Below are positions 31,028 to 41,147 of a stretch of DNA of 64,000 nucleotides, piece after piece (position 1 is the stretch's first letter; each line of letters opens with the position of its first letter). The DNA comes from Candidatus Poribacteria bacterium (GTDB taxonomy: Bacteria; Poribacteria; WGA-4E; WGA-3G). Below the pieces are notes generated by a model. It saw only the letters and a program-made list of their open reading frames with translations, made no database searches and was not told the DNA's origin. The stretch is taken from assembly GCA_964291315.2 (NCBI GenBank), contig OZ219751.1, forward strand, positions 1-64,000, in the 5' to 3' direction. Position numbers and translations under genes: made by a program.

Positions 31028-32524
31028 TTGTTCTCCTTCGCGCTCGGCTATACCTTGATACAGATAGATACCTTTGCCAGTACCACCGTGCCTCTGAGCC
31101 AAAACAGATTGATGCAAAATATAGGTGAACTGAAGAATCCTTTTGTTGAACATTGGATGATACGTTACGGCAGCGTCTTTGTCCTTGGATGTTTCGGACT
31201 CGTTGCGGTTGTCGTCCGATTTTGGAAAAGAGGCGGTTTGTTATTGAGTGTAGCATTCATTCTATTCACGCTCGCTACCTTTTATCGTAGTCTCTTAGAT
31301 GGACTCTGGGGGACTGAAACAGGCAATCTCTTTTTTGGTATTGCGATTGCCGCGTGTGTCTTTGGATTCGTTGTTCTTGCAGTACGCAGACACGTTTCCC
31401 CCGAAAAGTCCCCTGCCTATATCGCTTTCATCGTCTGGTTGATTTTCTGGTGCGCGCTCGCGCGCGATGCAAGACGCTACGATTTCTTTCTGGGATCCAC
31501 CCTGGCTTTCTTTAGCGCGGATGTCCTCTGTTTCATCGCCGATTTCTACGGGAACAAAGTAAAAGAAAAAATACCGCGAACCCTTTTGAAAACAGCCCTC
31601 TTCGGAATAACACTCACACTCATCATGTGCTGGGCACCCGTCGGCGGGCATGTAAACGGGACTCTGGCTGCCGCCATACACATGCGTCAAGCGATCCCTG
31701 GCAACAGCAAACTCGCGGCACCTCTCTATTGGATGAAAGACGCACTGCCCTCTACTGCAGTCGTTGCTGGAACTTGGAACTACGGCAGTCTCATGAATGT
31801 ACTTGGCGGGGTAAAAACCATTATTGACCCGGATCACTACATACAACACTGGATACATCTTTATAACCGTCATGTTCACTGCGCCATCACTGTAAGAGAG
31901 GCTTTGGAATTCCTGAAAACACACGGTGCGACACATCTAATGTTAGACGCACAAGATACCCTTTTCAACGCGGACTATTATTCAAACCTCGGCAGCGATG
32001 AAAAAGGCGACATCCAATGGACGGTCGCGCCGCTTCAAAGGCAAGAACCAAAAGTGATGAAACACAGAGCTGCACCTAGCAGTCACGCCAGTATCCCGAT
32101 AGAATTTTTTGACTTTGACTTCCCTTCCGAAAACGGGTTGACCGTCAGAGGGAAGCTCAAAACGGGCGAAACGGTGGATATTCCGGCAGTTGCTCTGGTC
32201 AACAAAGGGCTCGTCACCACAGAACATAAAAATGAGCACGGGGGCGTTTTGATTGTTTTTAATGAGGACCAACTCCCTGCAGCCTCCTACTATATTCCTA
32301 CCATCGGTTGGAATAGCCTTGCAATCCGTCTTTACTTTCGCGGTCAACTTTCCGACATCTTTGTCCCGATCTACCCCGCTGTCCGGGATGCAACCGCTGA
32401 TGTTAAAATCTGGGAGATACACTATCCCGCCGACATCCAAACCGATCCGAAATACCTCAGAACGGGCATCCCCGAAATAGACGAAACGTTACCGGGGCAC
32501 TTAACAGGCTTGCAAAGACGATAA
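31028..32524 (+). pseudogene. 5'-truncated STT3/AglB/PglB-like oligosaccharyltransferase (C-terminal half)
   Basis: NIGEL (TIxE/SVSE-like), several TM helices, ARRYDFF, then VVAGTWNYG...KTIIDPDH (WWDYG-like) and VKIWEI; in-frame stop at 30992 and no RBS, so the N-terminal half is missing. Confidence 0.6.
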
Positions 32525-32821
32525 AAAAATATCTATTTTGTGGTAAGCTATGCAATCTGTAGATTGCAACCTCGCCGCAAAACTTGCGGCCGACAGGACC
32601 GAGCGGACACGGAACGCACACGCGTCACGGGATACCTCAACGAGGCCGGCACCGACGAACTGGTGGAATTCCATCCGGAACGAGCCCTCCTCGTCTCAGA
32701 AAATCACTTCAGGGTTCACCCCAGAATATGGACTGTATAATGAGATCTATTCTATCAGAAATCGACATACATGTAAGGGACGCTTCGACAATTGAATGGC
32801 TCTGGTTTTCTCGTATTTTGC

Positions 32822-32850
32822 TTGACATAAAAGCAGATAAGCGGTAAATT
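32822..32850 (+). promoter_or_regulatory. Sigma70-type promoter upstream of ackA
   Basis: TTGACA-N17-TAAATT. Confidence 0.55.
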
Positions 32851-32925
32851 GAACATGAAAATTTTTTGTTAATAGGGGTTTGCGACTTGAGAAAGCTCCA
32901 ATTTTCATCGGGGAATAGTAATTAA

Positions 32926-34119
32926 ATGTATATACTTTGTGTGAATGTGGGAAGCACCTCGTTCAAATACCAAATTATTGACATAGAGACGACAAGTTGT
33001 CTTGTCAAGGGAGGTGTGGAGCGCATTGGCAATTCTGCATCGGCCTTTAGACATGCGGTGCCGGGTAAACCGGCTGTTGAAGGCGAAATAGATGCCCCGA
33101 CGCATGCTGCTGCGATTGCCCATGCCGTTTGTCTAATCACTGATCCGGAGGTTGGTTGCCTTGCTAGTCTGGAGCAACTTGACGGTGTTGGGTTCAAGAC
33201 GATCTTGGCGAAGGGTTACTGGCGTTCGGCGAGGATTACCGAAGATGTAATATCGGCTCTTGAGGCGTCGATTCCACTTGCTCCGGTGCACAATCCTGCG
33301 TATATTGCGGCTATCCGTGCTTTTCAGGCGTTGCTGCCGACAATGCCGCTTGTTGCTGTTTTTGAGACGTGGTTTCATCAGAGCATTCCGGATTACGCTG
33401 CGGAGTTCGGGGTGCCACGTTTTTGGGTTGAACTGCATGAGATTCGCCGGTATGGGTATCACGGTGCCTCACATCGGTATATCTCGGAACGTGTGCCACA
33501 GCTTCTGGGGTGCGAATCAGGAGAGGGGCTTCGTATTATCTCCTGTCACCTTGGGGGTAGTTCGTCTCTTTGTGCGATCAAAGATGGGAAATCTATTGAT
33601 ACGTCGATGGGAACCTCGACGCAGTATGGAATGATTCAATCCACTCGGTGTGGAGAACTCGATGCCTTTGCCGTGTTGTATCTGATGGACAAAGAAGGGT
33701 TTTCTACAGATGACATTCGCAGGCAGTTGGTTGAAGATTCCGGAGTGAAGGGCATTTCGGGAACCAGTGGTGATATGCGGGATGTGGAAGCATCGATAGA
33801 AGCAGGTGACGACAAGGCGCGCCTCGCTTTGGATACCTACGTTTATGGCGTAAAAAAGTATATCGGTTCGTATATTGCTGCACTTGGCGGTGTGGATGTC
33901 ATCGCTTTTGCGGGTGGTATCGGGGAGAAGAGTGCGGCAACGCGTGCTAAAGTTTGTGAGGGGTTAGAGTGGTGCGGGATTTATTTAGATGCGGTGAAAA
34001 ATGAGCAACTCACTGCGGAGGCGGATATCTCCGCTGCCGGCAGTCGCACCAAGATCCTGATTGTTTCTACGAACGAAGAACTCATTGTGTCGCGTGAAAC
34101 TGCGCGTGTATTGAGTTAG
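32926..34119 (+). CDS. ackA: Acetate/propionate kinase
   Basis: NVGSTSFKY, APVHNP, RRYGYHGASH, CHLGG.SS, TRCG, F.GGIGE and TNEE motifs. Confidence 0.9.
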   Translation: MYILCVNVGSTSFKYQIIDIETTSCLVKGGVERIGNSASAFRHAVPGKPAVEGEIDAPTHAAAIAHAVCLITDPEVGCLASLEQLDGVGFKTILAKGYWRSARITEDVISALEASIPLAPVHNPAYIAAIRAFQALLPTMPLVAVFETWFHQSIPDYAAEFGVPRFWVELHEIRRYGYHGASHRYISERVPQLLGCESGEGLRIISCHLGGSSSLCAIKDGKSIDTSMGTSTQYGMIQSTRCGELDAFAVLYLMDKEGFSTDDIRRQLVEDSGVKGISGTSGDMRDVEASIEAGDDKARLALDTYVYGVKKYIGSYIAALGGVDVIAFAGGIGEKSAATRAKVCEGLEWCGIYLDAVKNEQLTAEADISAAGSRTKILIVSTNEELIVSRETARVLS

Positions 34120-34200
34120 TGGATTGAAATAGGGTTTGGATTTAAATAAAAATGAGCTTACAGAGTAAGCGATTATTAGAGAAGGAGAATCGAAATTAGG

Positions 34201-35289
34201 ATGCGACACGTTACACTCTATCGTGAGCCGGGGCGTTATGCTGGTTGGCCGGCGAATTACGGTATTTGGTCGTGGGATGATGAGATCGTGGTTGGTTTCA
34301 CTGTTGGGTATCACAAATCAGATGGTGGTTTTCATCGCCGGGATCGGGATAAACCGTTTGTTGGGATGCAGGCTCGTAGTTTAGATGGCGGTGAGACGTG
34401 GAGCGTTTCGGAGACACCGTGTCGTCTACCTGCTAGGGGTACACTTTCTGCAGATGAGCATGTGGAAGAACAGCATAGACTGAGATCAGAGGTTTCGTTT
34501 GTTGCGCGGCGACGTGCCTGCTTTACACATCCTGATTTTGCGATGATGTGCAGCAGATCAGGGCTGAGAGACGGAGCATACTCCTGGTTTTATACCTCTG
34601 TAGACCGATGCAAGAGTTGGGATGGTCCCTATAGACTCCCGATGTTTGGCTATACCGGTATTGCTGCTAGGACAGATTACCTGATTTCAAGTGCGGACGA
34701 ATGCCTTTTATTTCTCACTGCCTCGAAATCAGATGGTGAAGAGGGCTTGATATTTTGCGCTAAGACGAGCGATGGTGGCGAGTCCTTTTCGTTATTGTCT
34801 CAGATTGGACCGGAGCCTGATGGGTTCGCGATTATGCCTGCAAGTGTTAGACTATCTGATTCAAAGATTCTTGTGGCGGTTCGTTGTCGCGGTGCCGGTG
34901 ATTCTATTCGTTCGGGTTGGCAGGAGCGTAGGAATTGGATTGATCTCTACGCCTCGGAAGATAATGGGCGGAGCTGGCGGTATATGAATCGTCCTGTAGA
35001 GAATACAGGGCGTGGTGGGAATCCTCCAACGCTGACCTGTCTTCACGACGGCAGGTTGTGTCTGATCTATGGTTATCGGGATGCGCCGTATCGGATTTGT
35101 GCTAAGTTGAGTGGTGATGCTGGTGAAACTTGGGGTGAAGAGATCGTTCTCCGCGATAATGGTGGTGATTCTGATGTGGGTTATCCGCGTACGATTCAAC
35201 GTCCTGATGGCGTTGTGGTGACGGTCTACTATTTTGATGAGGAGCCGGATGGTGAGCGATTTATTGAAGCAACACTCTGGAAGCCGTGA
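34201..35289 (+). CDS. BNR/Asp-box repeat, sialidase-like protein
   Basis: Repeated SxDxGxTW boxes (SLDGGETW, SDGGESF, SEDNGRSW, SGDAGETW) and DVGYP. Confidence 0.85.
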   Translation: MRHVTLYREPGRYAGWPANYGIWSWDDEIVVGFTVGYHKSDGGFHRRDRDKPFVGMQARSLDGGETWSVSETPCRLPARGTLSADEHVEEQHRLRSEVSFVARRRACFTHPDFAMMCSRSGLRDGAYSWFYTSVDRCKSWDGPYRLPMFGYTGIAARTDYLISSADECLLFLTASKSDGEEGLIFCAKTSDGGESFSLLSQIGPEPDGFAIMPASVRLSDSKILVAVRCRGAGDSIRSGWQERRNWIDLYASEDNGRSWRYMNRPVENTGRGGNPPTLTCLHDGRLCLIYGYRDAPYRICAKLSGDAGETWGEEIVLRDNGGDSDVGYPRTIQRPDGVVVTVYYFDEEPDGERFIEATLWKP

Positions 35290-35437
35290 TTATTTTTCTC
35301 CTGCCCCGACGTTAAAACAGATGAGGTCCCCTTTGCCGCGGAGGTAAAGGTGCTTATCTGCAAGCACAAGTGCTGCACAAAAGGGCAACATCACGGACCG
35401 TTGTTGTACCCGTACATGTTCTCATAGTCCGAAGGAT

Positions 35438-36139
35438 TTACCTTGGATGCCTATAGCCTTGTTCAACGAGTAATTGTAAGAAGAGTTTCCACCCTTGTTC
35501 AGCGAGTTCCGGATTTTCCATGACCCGGTCTTGAATTTCAGGCGGAGACATACGTATCATCTGTTTTTTTGTTTCTGTCAAGAACTCACGTTGTTCTTCA
35601 GGCGAAAGCGTGTTTAAGTGTTCCAGAATCGGGGGGATAGCCGCTGCGATTGCAGCTTTTGCCTCTGCTTGTATCTCGACGCTTTCTGCTAATGCACGGT
35701 CGATTTCCGCGTTCCACTCCTTCCAGGCCGCCCTATCAGATTCACTTTTTGCTTTTGCGGCATCATGATCAGTGTTTTGAACATCGGCGGAGGGGGTCGG
35801 TAGTTTTTCACGCGCGGTATCGCGTGAGTTCTCCGTGAAATGCGTTTCTATGCCTGTTGGGTCAATGACATCTGTTTGAACGCGCCTCTCTTCACTTTCT
35901 TTTGTGGGCTGTTCGTGCTCGGATGTCTCTTCTACCTCCTGAGAGTGGCGTTTCGGCAAAGTTTTTTCGGGTCGAGTTATCTTATAAATCGTTTCCGTTG
36001 TTTCTGTGTGGATCTTCGGTTCAAAAATCCATTTTGTCCACAAAGTTCCTAATGTGAAAAGCAGAACAACAAAGGATACGGTAATGATGAGGCGCGTTTT
36101 TTTCCGAATTCGTTCGTAATATTCCTCATGGGTTTTCAT
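35438..36139 (-). CDS. Hypothetical membrane-anchored protein (N-terminal TM, TIYK motif, acidic linker, helical C-terminus)
   Basis: 233-aa ORF with single N-terminal TM; no recognisable family. Confidence 0.7.
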   Translation of the reverse strand: MKTHEEYYERIRKKTRLIITVSFVVLLFTLGTLWTKWIFEPKIHTETTETIYKITRPEKTLPKRHSQEVEETSEHEQPTKESEERRVQTDVIDPTGIETHFTENSRDTAREKLPTPSADVQNTDHDAAKAKSESDRAAWKEWNAEIDRALAESVEIQAEAKAAIAAAIPPILEHLNTLSPEEQREFLTETKKQMIRMSPPEIQDRVMENPELAEQGWKLFLQLLVEQGYRHPR

Positions 36140-36779
36140 ACCAAATTTTGTATTGAGGTCATTGAGAAAGAACGGTACTGAAGTGATAGCGATAAACGAT
36201 CGCCATCACGGTGGTTGATTTGTGAGTCTAAGAACACCCGCCCGAGTCTGAGTTCTCTTTTAAACAGCGATTCAGAAAAAATGGGGCGCACTATAGGACC
36301 GAAAGGGGCAGCTTTTCATTGCAAGGCAATTCTTTTTTCTCCTGATCGTTTCAGTTATGCGTTTGAGTAAAAAACGTTTCGTTTTTTAAAACACCGCACC
36401 CCTAACCTTGTGCTTTAATATATACCTTTCAGCCCGAAAAGTTTAGCTTTTTTTTTCAGCGGGTCCGAAACAGGTCGAAAAACAGCTTTGCGTTTGATGC
36501 GTCACGGATAGTGCTTTCTAAACAGATGAGGCGCGCCATATCGCCGTGCCGCGCAAAGGTAAACAGTATACCGTATGAGGTTGGGGTTTCCATAACTCGC
36601 TCCGATCTTCTTATACCAGACAGCCTGATAATCTGTCTTTCCCCACAAAACGATAGTAATTTTTTCTTGTGACTAGCCATTTTGTCTCGAACGGAGAAAG
36701 TCGGCCCCGTCAAAATTTTCCGTGTTTCCGCACTGTCAACGGAAGTTTAGTATAAGAAAGACGATAGAGGCAAGCATCC

Positions 36780-37799
36780 TTACCCACCGAACTCCTCGTT
36801 TGCTCGTTTTACAAGTGCGTTCATATAGGCGATTGTATACGCTGTTCCAACGCGATGATCGTTCGCCATTTGTGGGATATGGTCCGGAATCAGCACTCCG
36901 TTAAAGTTAATTTCACGGAGCACTTTTGCGACTTCGTACATATCTTGATAGCCGTTATCGACGAAGGTCTCAACGAAGTGGGGGAGCGGTTGATCTACGT
37001 TGCGGAAATGGACTTTGAAGATTTTGCCTTGTTCTCCGAAGTAGCGGATTGATTCAATGACATTTTTGCCCATGAGCTCACCGCCTTCTAACCAGCAACC
37101 GACACAGAAACATATACCAACATTCGGGCTATCGGCGATTTCGAGTGCGCGCTTATAGCCCTCAAAACTGCTGAATATACATCTCGGAATACCAGCAAGA
37201 TACACTGCAGGTGGGTCGTCAGGATGGATGCCTATCATCACACCGGCATCCTCAGCCACCGGTGCAGCTTGCTGGATGAAGTAAGTATAGTTATCCCAAA
37301 TTTCCTCTTCACTGTATTCACGACCATGTGAGAGCGGCATCGGATACAGCTTGCCTGCCCAATGTCCTTCTTGTGCTGCATCAAGTTTAAATGCCCTTGC
37401 ACTTGCCCCGCCGCGAGTGGTTTCTTGTCCAGTGCTCCAGATACCGTTACCCATGTGGGCATAAGTGGTATATGGGATTCCGGCTCTACCGAGATCCCGG
37501 ATATAGCGCTTGTACTGTTCAATTTTCGCATCCCGGTTTTCCAAGTTAAGCACTATTCCATCTTGATTGTGGACATCGCTGTTGCCGAATCCGTAAATTT
37601 TGAGTCCTGCGTTTTCAAAGATCTCACGGCGACTCATGAAATAGTCGTAGTTTGCATTCTCGCCATTCGTCCAGAGGACAACGTATTCGACATCCATCTG
37701 TTTGGCGAGCTGCAAATCAGATTCACTTGGTTCCGGCGACATTTGCGCAGTGACTTTCATACCGGGTTCAATCTTGCTCAATGGATTCTGAGGTGCCAT
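36780..37799 (-). CDS. uxuA: Mannonate dehydratase (UxuA) family protein
   Basis: IHPDDPP, CFC.G, VHFRN and PDH.P motifs. Confidence 0.75.
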   Translation of the reverse strand: MAPQNPLSKIEPGMKVTAQMSPEPSESDLQLAKQMDVEYVVLWTNGENANYDYFMSRREIFENAGLKIYGFGNSDVHNQDGIVLNLENRDAKIEQYKRYIRDLGRAGIPYTTYAHMGNGIWSTGQETTRGGASARAFKLDAAQEGHWAGKLYPMPLSHGREYSEEEIWDNYTYFIQQAAPVAEDAGVMIGIHPDDPPAVYLAGIPRCIFSSFEGYKRALEIADSPNVGICFCVGCWLEGGELMGKNVIESIRYFGEQGKIFKVHFRNVDQPLPHFVETFVDNGYQDMYEVAKVLREINFNGVLIPDHIPQMANDHRVGTAYTIAYMNALVKRANEEFGG

Positions 37800-37823
37800 T
37801 TTATTTTTCCACTTTTGGGTTTG

Positions 37824-37936
37824 TCAGCTATCAGCTATTAGCTATCACCATTTGGCAAATAGAACTAACTATCTTTAAGTCAGCGGCGATTTCTGATTTC
37901 TGATGGCTGATGATTAATAGTCGACTACTAACAGCT
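37824..37936. repeat. Degenerate heptamer-based inverted element (TCAGCTA-type and CTGATGG-type arms)
   Basis: GTCAGCTATCAGCTATTAGCTATCA followed by CTGATGGCTGATGATTAATAG. Confidence 0.6.
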
Positions 37937-39332
37937 ATTCTTCATCGCCTGCTTCTGTTTTGAGTCGATAGAGTTCTGCAGTCAATTCAGTAACAATGTC
38001 CGCGTATGCCGGATCGTCGTAGACGTTGCACATTTCGTTTGGGTCCTTCTTTAGATCAAAGAGTTCCCATTCTGGTTCTTTGGGTTCATCAATAGATCCG
38101 GTTGTACCGAGTGCTTCACCGTAGTAGTAAATGAGTTTATAGCGGTGTGTCCGGATCCCATAGTGTGCTGGAACATAATGATGGGACAGATGCATCCAGT
38201 AGCGGTAGTACATTGAGGTCCGCCACTCTTCAGGGGTTTTGCCACTAAAGATAGGACGTAAACTTGTGCCTTGCATATCATCTGGGATCGAGACCCCGGC
38301 ATAGTCAAGCCAGGTTTCCGCGAAGTCTATATTCAATGCCATTGCGTCGCAAGAGCTACCGGATTGAATTTCACGCGGATAGCGGACGAGAAAAGGCATC
38401 CGTAGAGATTCTTCATACATGAATCGCTTGTCGTACCAACCGTGGTCCCCTAAGAAAAACCCTTGGTCGGAGGTGTAAATGACCACAGTATCATCAGCAA
38501 TATCCTCATCGTCTAAATAGTCTAGCATCCGTCCGACATTGTCATCAATCGAGGCAACACACCGGAGATATTCTTTGATATAACGTTGATATTGCCAGTT
38601 CGCCAGCTCCTGTTCCGCTAGCCCCTCAGGCGGCGGGCCAAGTATATCAATCTTGAGATCTCTTTCGTTCATGTGTCCGAAAACACGCATTTGCGCTTCC
38701 TTCGCAGCATTTGAACGGTTCGCGTAATCGTCGAAGAAATTATCCGGTATAGGAACATCTTCGTCCTCGAACATGTGTGCATGTTTCTCGTCTGAATCCC
38801 ACGGTCTGTGAGGTGCTTTGTGATGACACATCAAGAAAAACGGAGTTTCCTTGTCCCGGTTCTGCAGCCATTCCAATGAAAAATCAGTGAGAATGTCGGT
38901 GGTATAGCCTTTGTGAGTTTTCTTGCCATCGGGTTCAAGCATCACTGGATCGTGATAGAGTCCTTGCCCGGGCAGAACGTTCCAATAGTCAAAACCAGTT
39001 GGGTCTGCATTGCCCCCGTGTCCGAGATGCCATTTGCCTATCATTGCTGTCTGGTAGCCACTTGCACGTAGCAACTTCGCAACGTTCGGTTTTCTCCCGT
39101 CAAACGTATCTGACAACGTTTTGACACCGTTGAGGTGACTGTGCTGCCCTGTCAAGATATTCGCACGACTCGGTGTACAGATAGAATTCACACAGAAACA
39201 GTTTTGAAGAATCATACCGCTATCTGCAATACGATCGAGATTCGGTGTTTGGTTAATCCGACTACCGTAGCTGCTGATAGCATGTGAAGCGTGGTCATCG
39301 GACATGATAAATAGGATATTAGGTCTGCTCAA
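37935..39332 (-). CDS. Formylglycine-dependent sulfatase
   Basis: RPNILFIMSDDH, CTPSRA, GKWHL, SDQG..GDHG and DKR motifs. Confidence 0.95.
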   Translation of the reverse strand: MSRPNILFIMSDDHASHAISSYGSRINQTPNLDRIADSGMILQNCFCVNSICTPSRANILTGQHSHLNGVKTLSDTFDGRKPNVAKLLRASGYQTAMIGKWHLGHGGNADPTGFDYWNVLPGQGLYHDPVMLEPDGKKTHKGYTTDILTDFSLEWLQNRDKETPFFLMCHHKAPHRPWDSDEKHAHMFEDEDVPIPDNFFDDYANRSNAAKEAQMRVFGHMNERDLKIDILGPPPEGLAEQELANWQYQRYIKEYLRCVASIDDNVGRMLDYLDDEDIADDTVVIYTSDQGFFLGDHGWYDKRFMYEESLRMPFLVRYPREIQSGSSCDAMALNIDFAETWLDYAGVSIPDDMQGTSLRPIFSGKTPEEWRTSMYYRYWMHLSHHYVPAHYGIRTHRYKLIYYYGEALGTTGSIDEPKEPEWELFDLKKDPNEMCNVYDDPAYADIVTELTAELYRLKTEAGDEE

Positions 39333-39414
39333 CTTTTCCCCCTTTAGATTATATGGATTGAAAAAACGCTAATAAGCGAAAGGACTTCTGGATGAACTTG
39401 CGGTAACTACTTCA

Positions 39415-40443
39415 TTATTTCGCCTTTATTTCTTCCCAGGCACGGTTGTAGTGCAGTGTGAACTCTCCAGGGTCTTTCAGCCACTCCAGAGATTCCAGCA
39501 CCTCTTCCGTGGGGTAGATAAATTTATGTTCCCTTAAATGCTCTGGCAGGTATTTTTTCGCCGTGGGTACACATGTCCCATATTTCGTAAAGACCGTAAT
39601 CTTAGCATTGACTTCAGGACGTAACAGGTAATTGATAAACTGTTCGGCGAGTTCCTGATGAGATGTGAACTTCGGGATGCAGACTGCGTCAATAAATTGG
39701 CTTGAGCCTTCTTTCGGGATGACGTATCGTATTGTGGGATGGGTTTCAACTGCCCGAAAAGCGTCCCCACTCCAGCAGTGCGCCATAACGACATCACCCG
39801 CGGTAAGAAGTTCTTCGGCTTCGCTTTTGTATTGTTTTACGAGCGGTTTTTGATCGATGAGTTTCTCTTTCGCAGCTTTGATTTCCTCTGGATCCGTTGT
39901 GTTGAGACTGTATCCGAGCATCTTAAGTGCAGCACCGATCGTCTCACGCTGATCATCTAGCATGCTGAATTGATTCTTATACTGCGCATCCCAAAGCACT
40001 GCCCAGCTGTCAGGAGGTGGTGTAACGACTGAGGAATCGTACGCAATACCCGCGGTGCCGAACGTGTAAGGGATGGCGTATCGGTTTTCGGCATCGAAGT
40101 ATTTTCCAAGGAACAGTGGACTGATGTACTGAAAATTCGGTATGTTTTCACGATTCAATTCTGCTAACAACCCCTGTTTGATTAGAATTGATACCATATA
40201 ATCAGACGGCATGATGATATCGTATCCTGTTGCTCCAGCTAACAACTTCGCGAGGAGGTCCTCGTTGCTAGCATAAGTATCGACGAGAACGGTAACGCCA
40301 TATTCCTTTTCAAATCCTTCACGAAGGTCATCACTGACGTACCCCGCCCAGGTAAAGACGTTTAATTGTTTTTTTTCTGCATTGCTACCATTAATGAAAA
40401 GCGTGAGAAATAGAAATCCTAAGAAGATGTGTTTGTTGCGCAT
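39415..40443 (-). CDS. potD: Spermidine/putrescine ABC transporter substrate-binding protein
   Basis: Signal peptide; TWAGY, SNE, YDII.PSDY, WSGDA and PKEG motifs. Confidence 0.85.
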   Translation of the reverse strand: MRNKHIFLGFLFLTLFINGSNAEKKQLNVFTWAGYVSDDLREGFEKEYGVTVLVDTYASNEDLLAKLLAGATGYDIIMPSDYMVSILIKQGLLAELNRENIPNFQYISPLFLGKYFDAENRYAIPYTFGTAGIAYDSSVVTPPPDSWAVLWDAQYKNQFSMLDDQRETIGAALKMLGYSLNTTDPEEIKAAKEKLIDQKPLVKQYKSEAEELLTAGDVVMAHCWSGDAFRAVETHPTIRYVIPKEGSSQFIDAVCIPKFTSHQELAEQFINYLLRPEVNAKITVFTKYGTCVPTAKKYLPEHLREHKFIYPTEEVLESLEWLKDPGEFTLHYNRAWEEIKAK

Positions 40444-40494
40444 ATTCCTTCATTCATCCTAGTTTTATAATTTTGATCACAAGCAATGTGAACT

Positions 40495-40552
40495 AGGCCA
40501 GTTGCACGTTTACGAAGAGCGAGATCGCTCTATCGAATCGGTGCCTTGGCCT
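40495..40552. repeat. REP-like palindrome AGGCCA...AGAGCGAGATCGCTCT...TGGCCT
   Basis: Nested inverted repeats in the intergenic region. Confidence 0.55.
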
Positions 40553-40596
40553 TGACAAGGTCTCTTATCTATGCTACTCTAAATGTTTGAAGACGT

Positions 40597-40962
40597 TTAT
40601 GTATCTGTCTTTTCAGTTGGTCGTCCTTCGGATTTCCAACCGCGGAAACCTCCGGTTAACACTGAAACGTTTTCGTACCCCATGCTTTTTAACGTATGTG
40701 CGGAAAGTGTTGCACGCGTGCCACCGCCGCAATACGTAACAACATGTGTATCCGAATCAGGGGCGATCTCATCGATATCGAGCTCAAGATAGCCGCGTGG
40801 TAGAGAAACAGCTGCCGGTAGATGTTCTTTATCGTAGTCAGGTTCATCACGCACATCTATGAGAATAATGGTTTCTGTGGCCTCCGCGAGTTCGGCAGGG
40901 GCAATGTGTCCAACACTTGCTTTTGCTTCTGCAAGAAGTTCTTTAAGGGTTTTCAATGGCAT
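40597..40962 (-). CDS. Rhodanese-like sulfurtransferase
   Basis: LIDVRD, H.P.A, YCGGGTRA active-site loop and L.GGF..W. Confidence 0.9.
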   Translation of the reverse strand: MPLKTLKELLAEAKASVGHIAPAELAEATETIILIDVRDEPDYDKEHLPAAVSLPRGYLELDIDEIAPDSDTHVVTYCGGGTRATLSAHTLKSMGYENVSVLTGGFRGWKSEGRPTEKTDT

Positions 40963-41147
40963 AGCTTTCCTCCAGATGGTTTAAAACCTGCTGATCGGAT
41001 TTAAGGGATTTTGGCATAATTATAGGCCAAAACAGATTATTAGAAATATAACATAATGTGATCGGTGTGTCAACGTTTTTTGTTGCATCTCGCGAGTCTG
41101 AGTGCCACAATTAGATGATTGCTTTTATAGGAAAAGGAGGCGAAAAG

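Larger units (their letters stand above)
26204..31030 (+). repeat. Tandem segmental duplication (copy 1 26204-28722, copy 2 28723-31026)
   Basis: Near-identical promoter, leader and genes; ATTG microhomology at all three junctions; copy 2 has a ~239-bp internal deletion. Confidence 0.95.
26198..32798. other. Putative genomic island bounded by the direct repeat TCGACAATTGAATG (26198-26211, 32785-32798)
   Basis: Perfect 14-bp direct repeat, extending to 18/20; orphan gene content; no integrase or transposase inside. Confidence 0.45.

Noticed and set aside
26204-31030. Diversity-generating retroelement (TR/VR pair)
   Set aside because: Differences are not adenine-specific, include indels, span whole genes, and no reverse transcriptase is present
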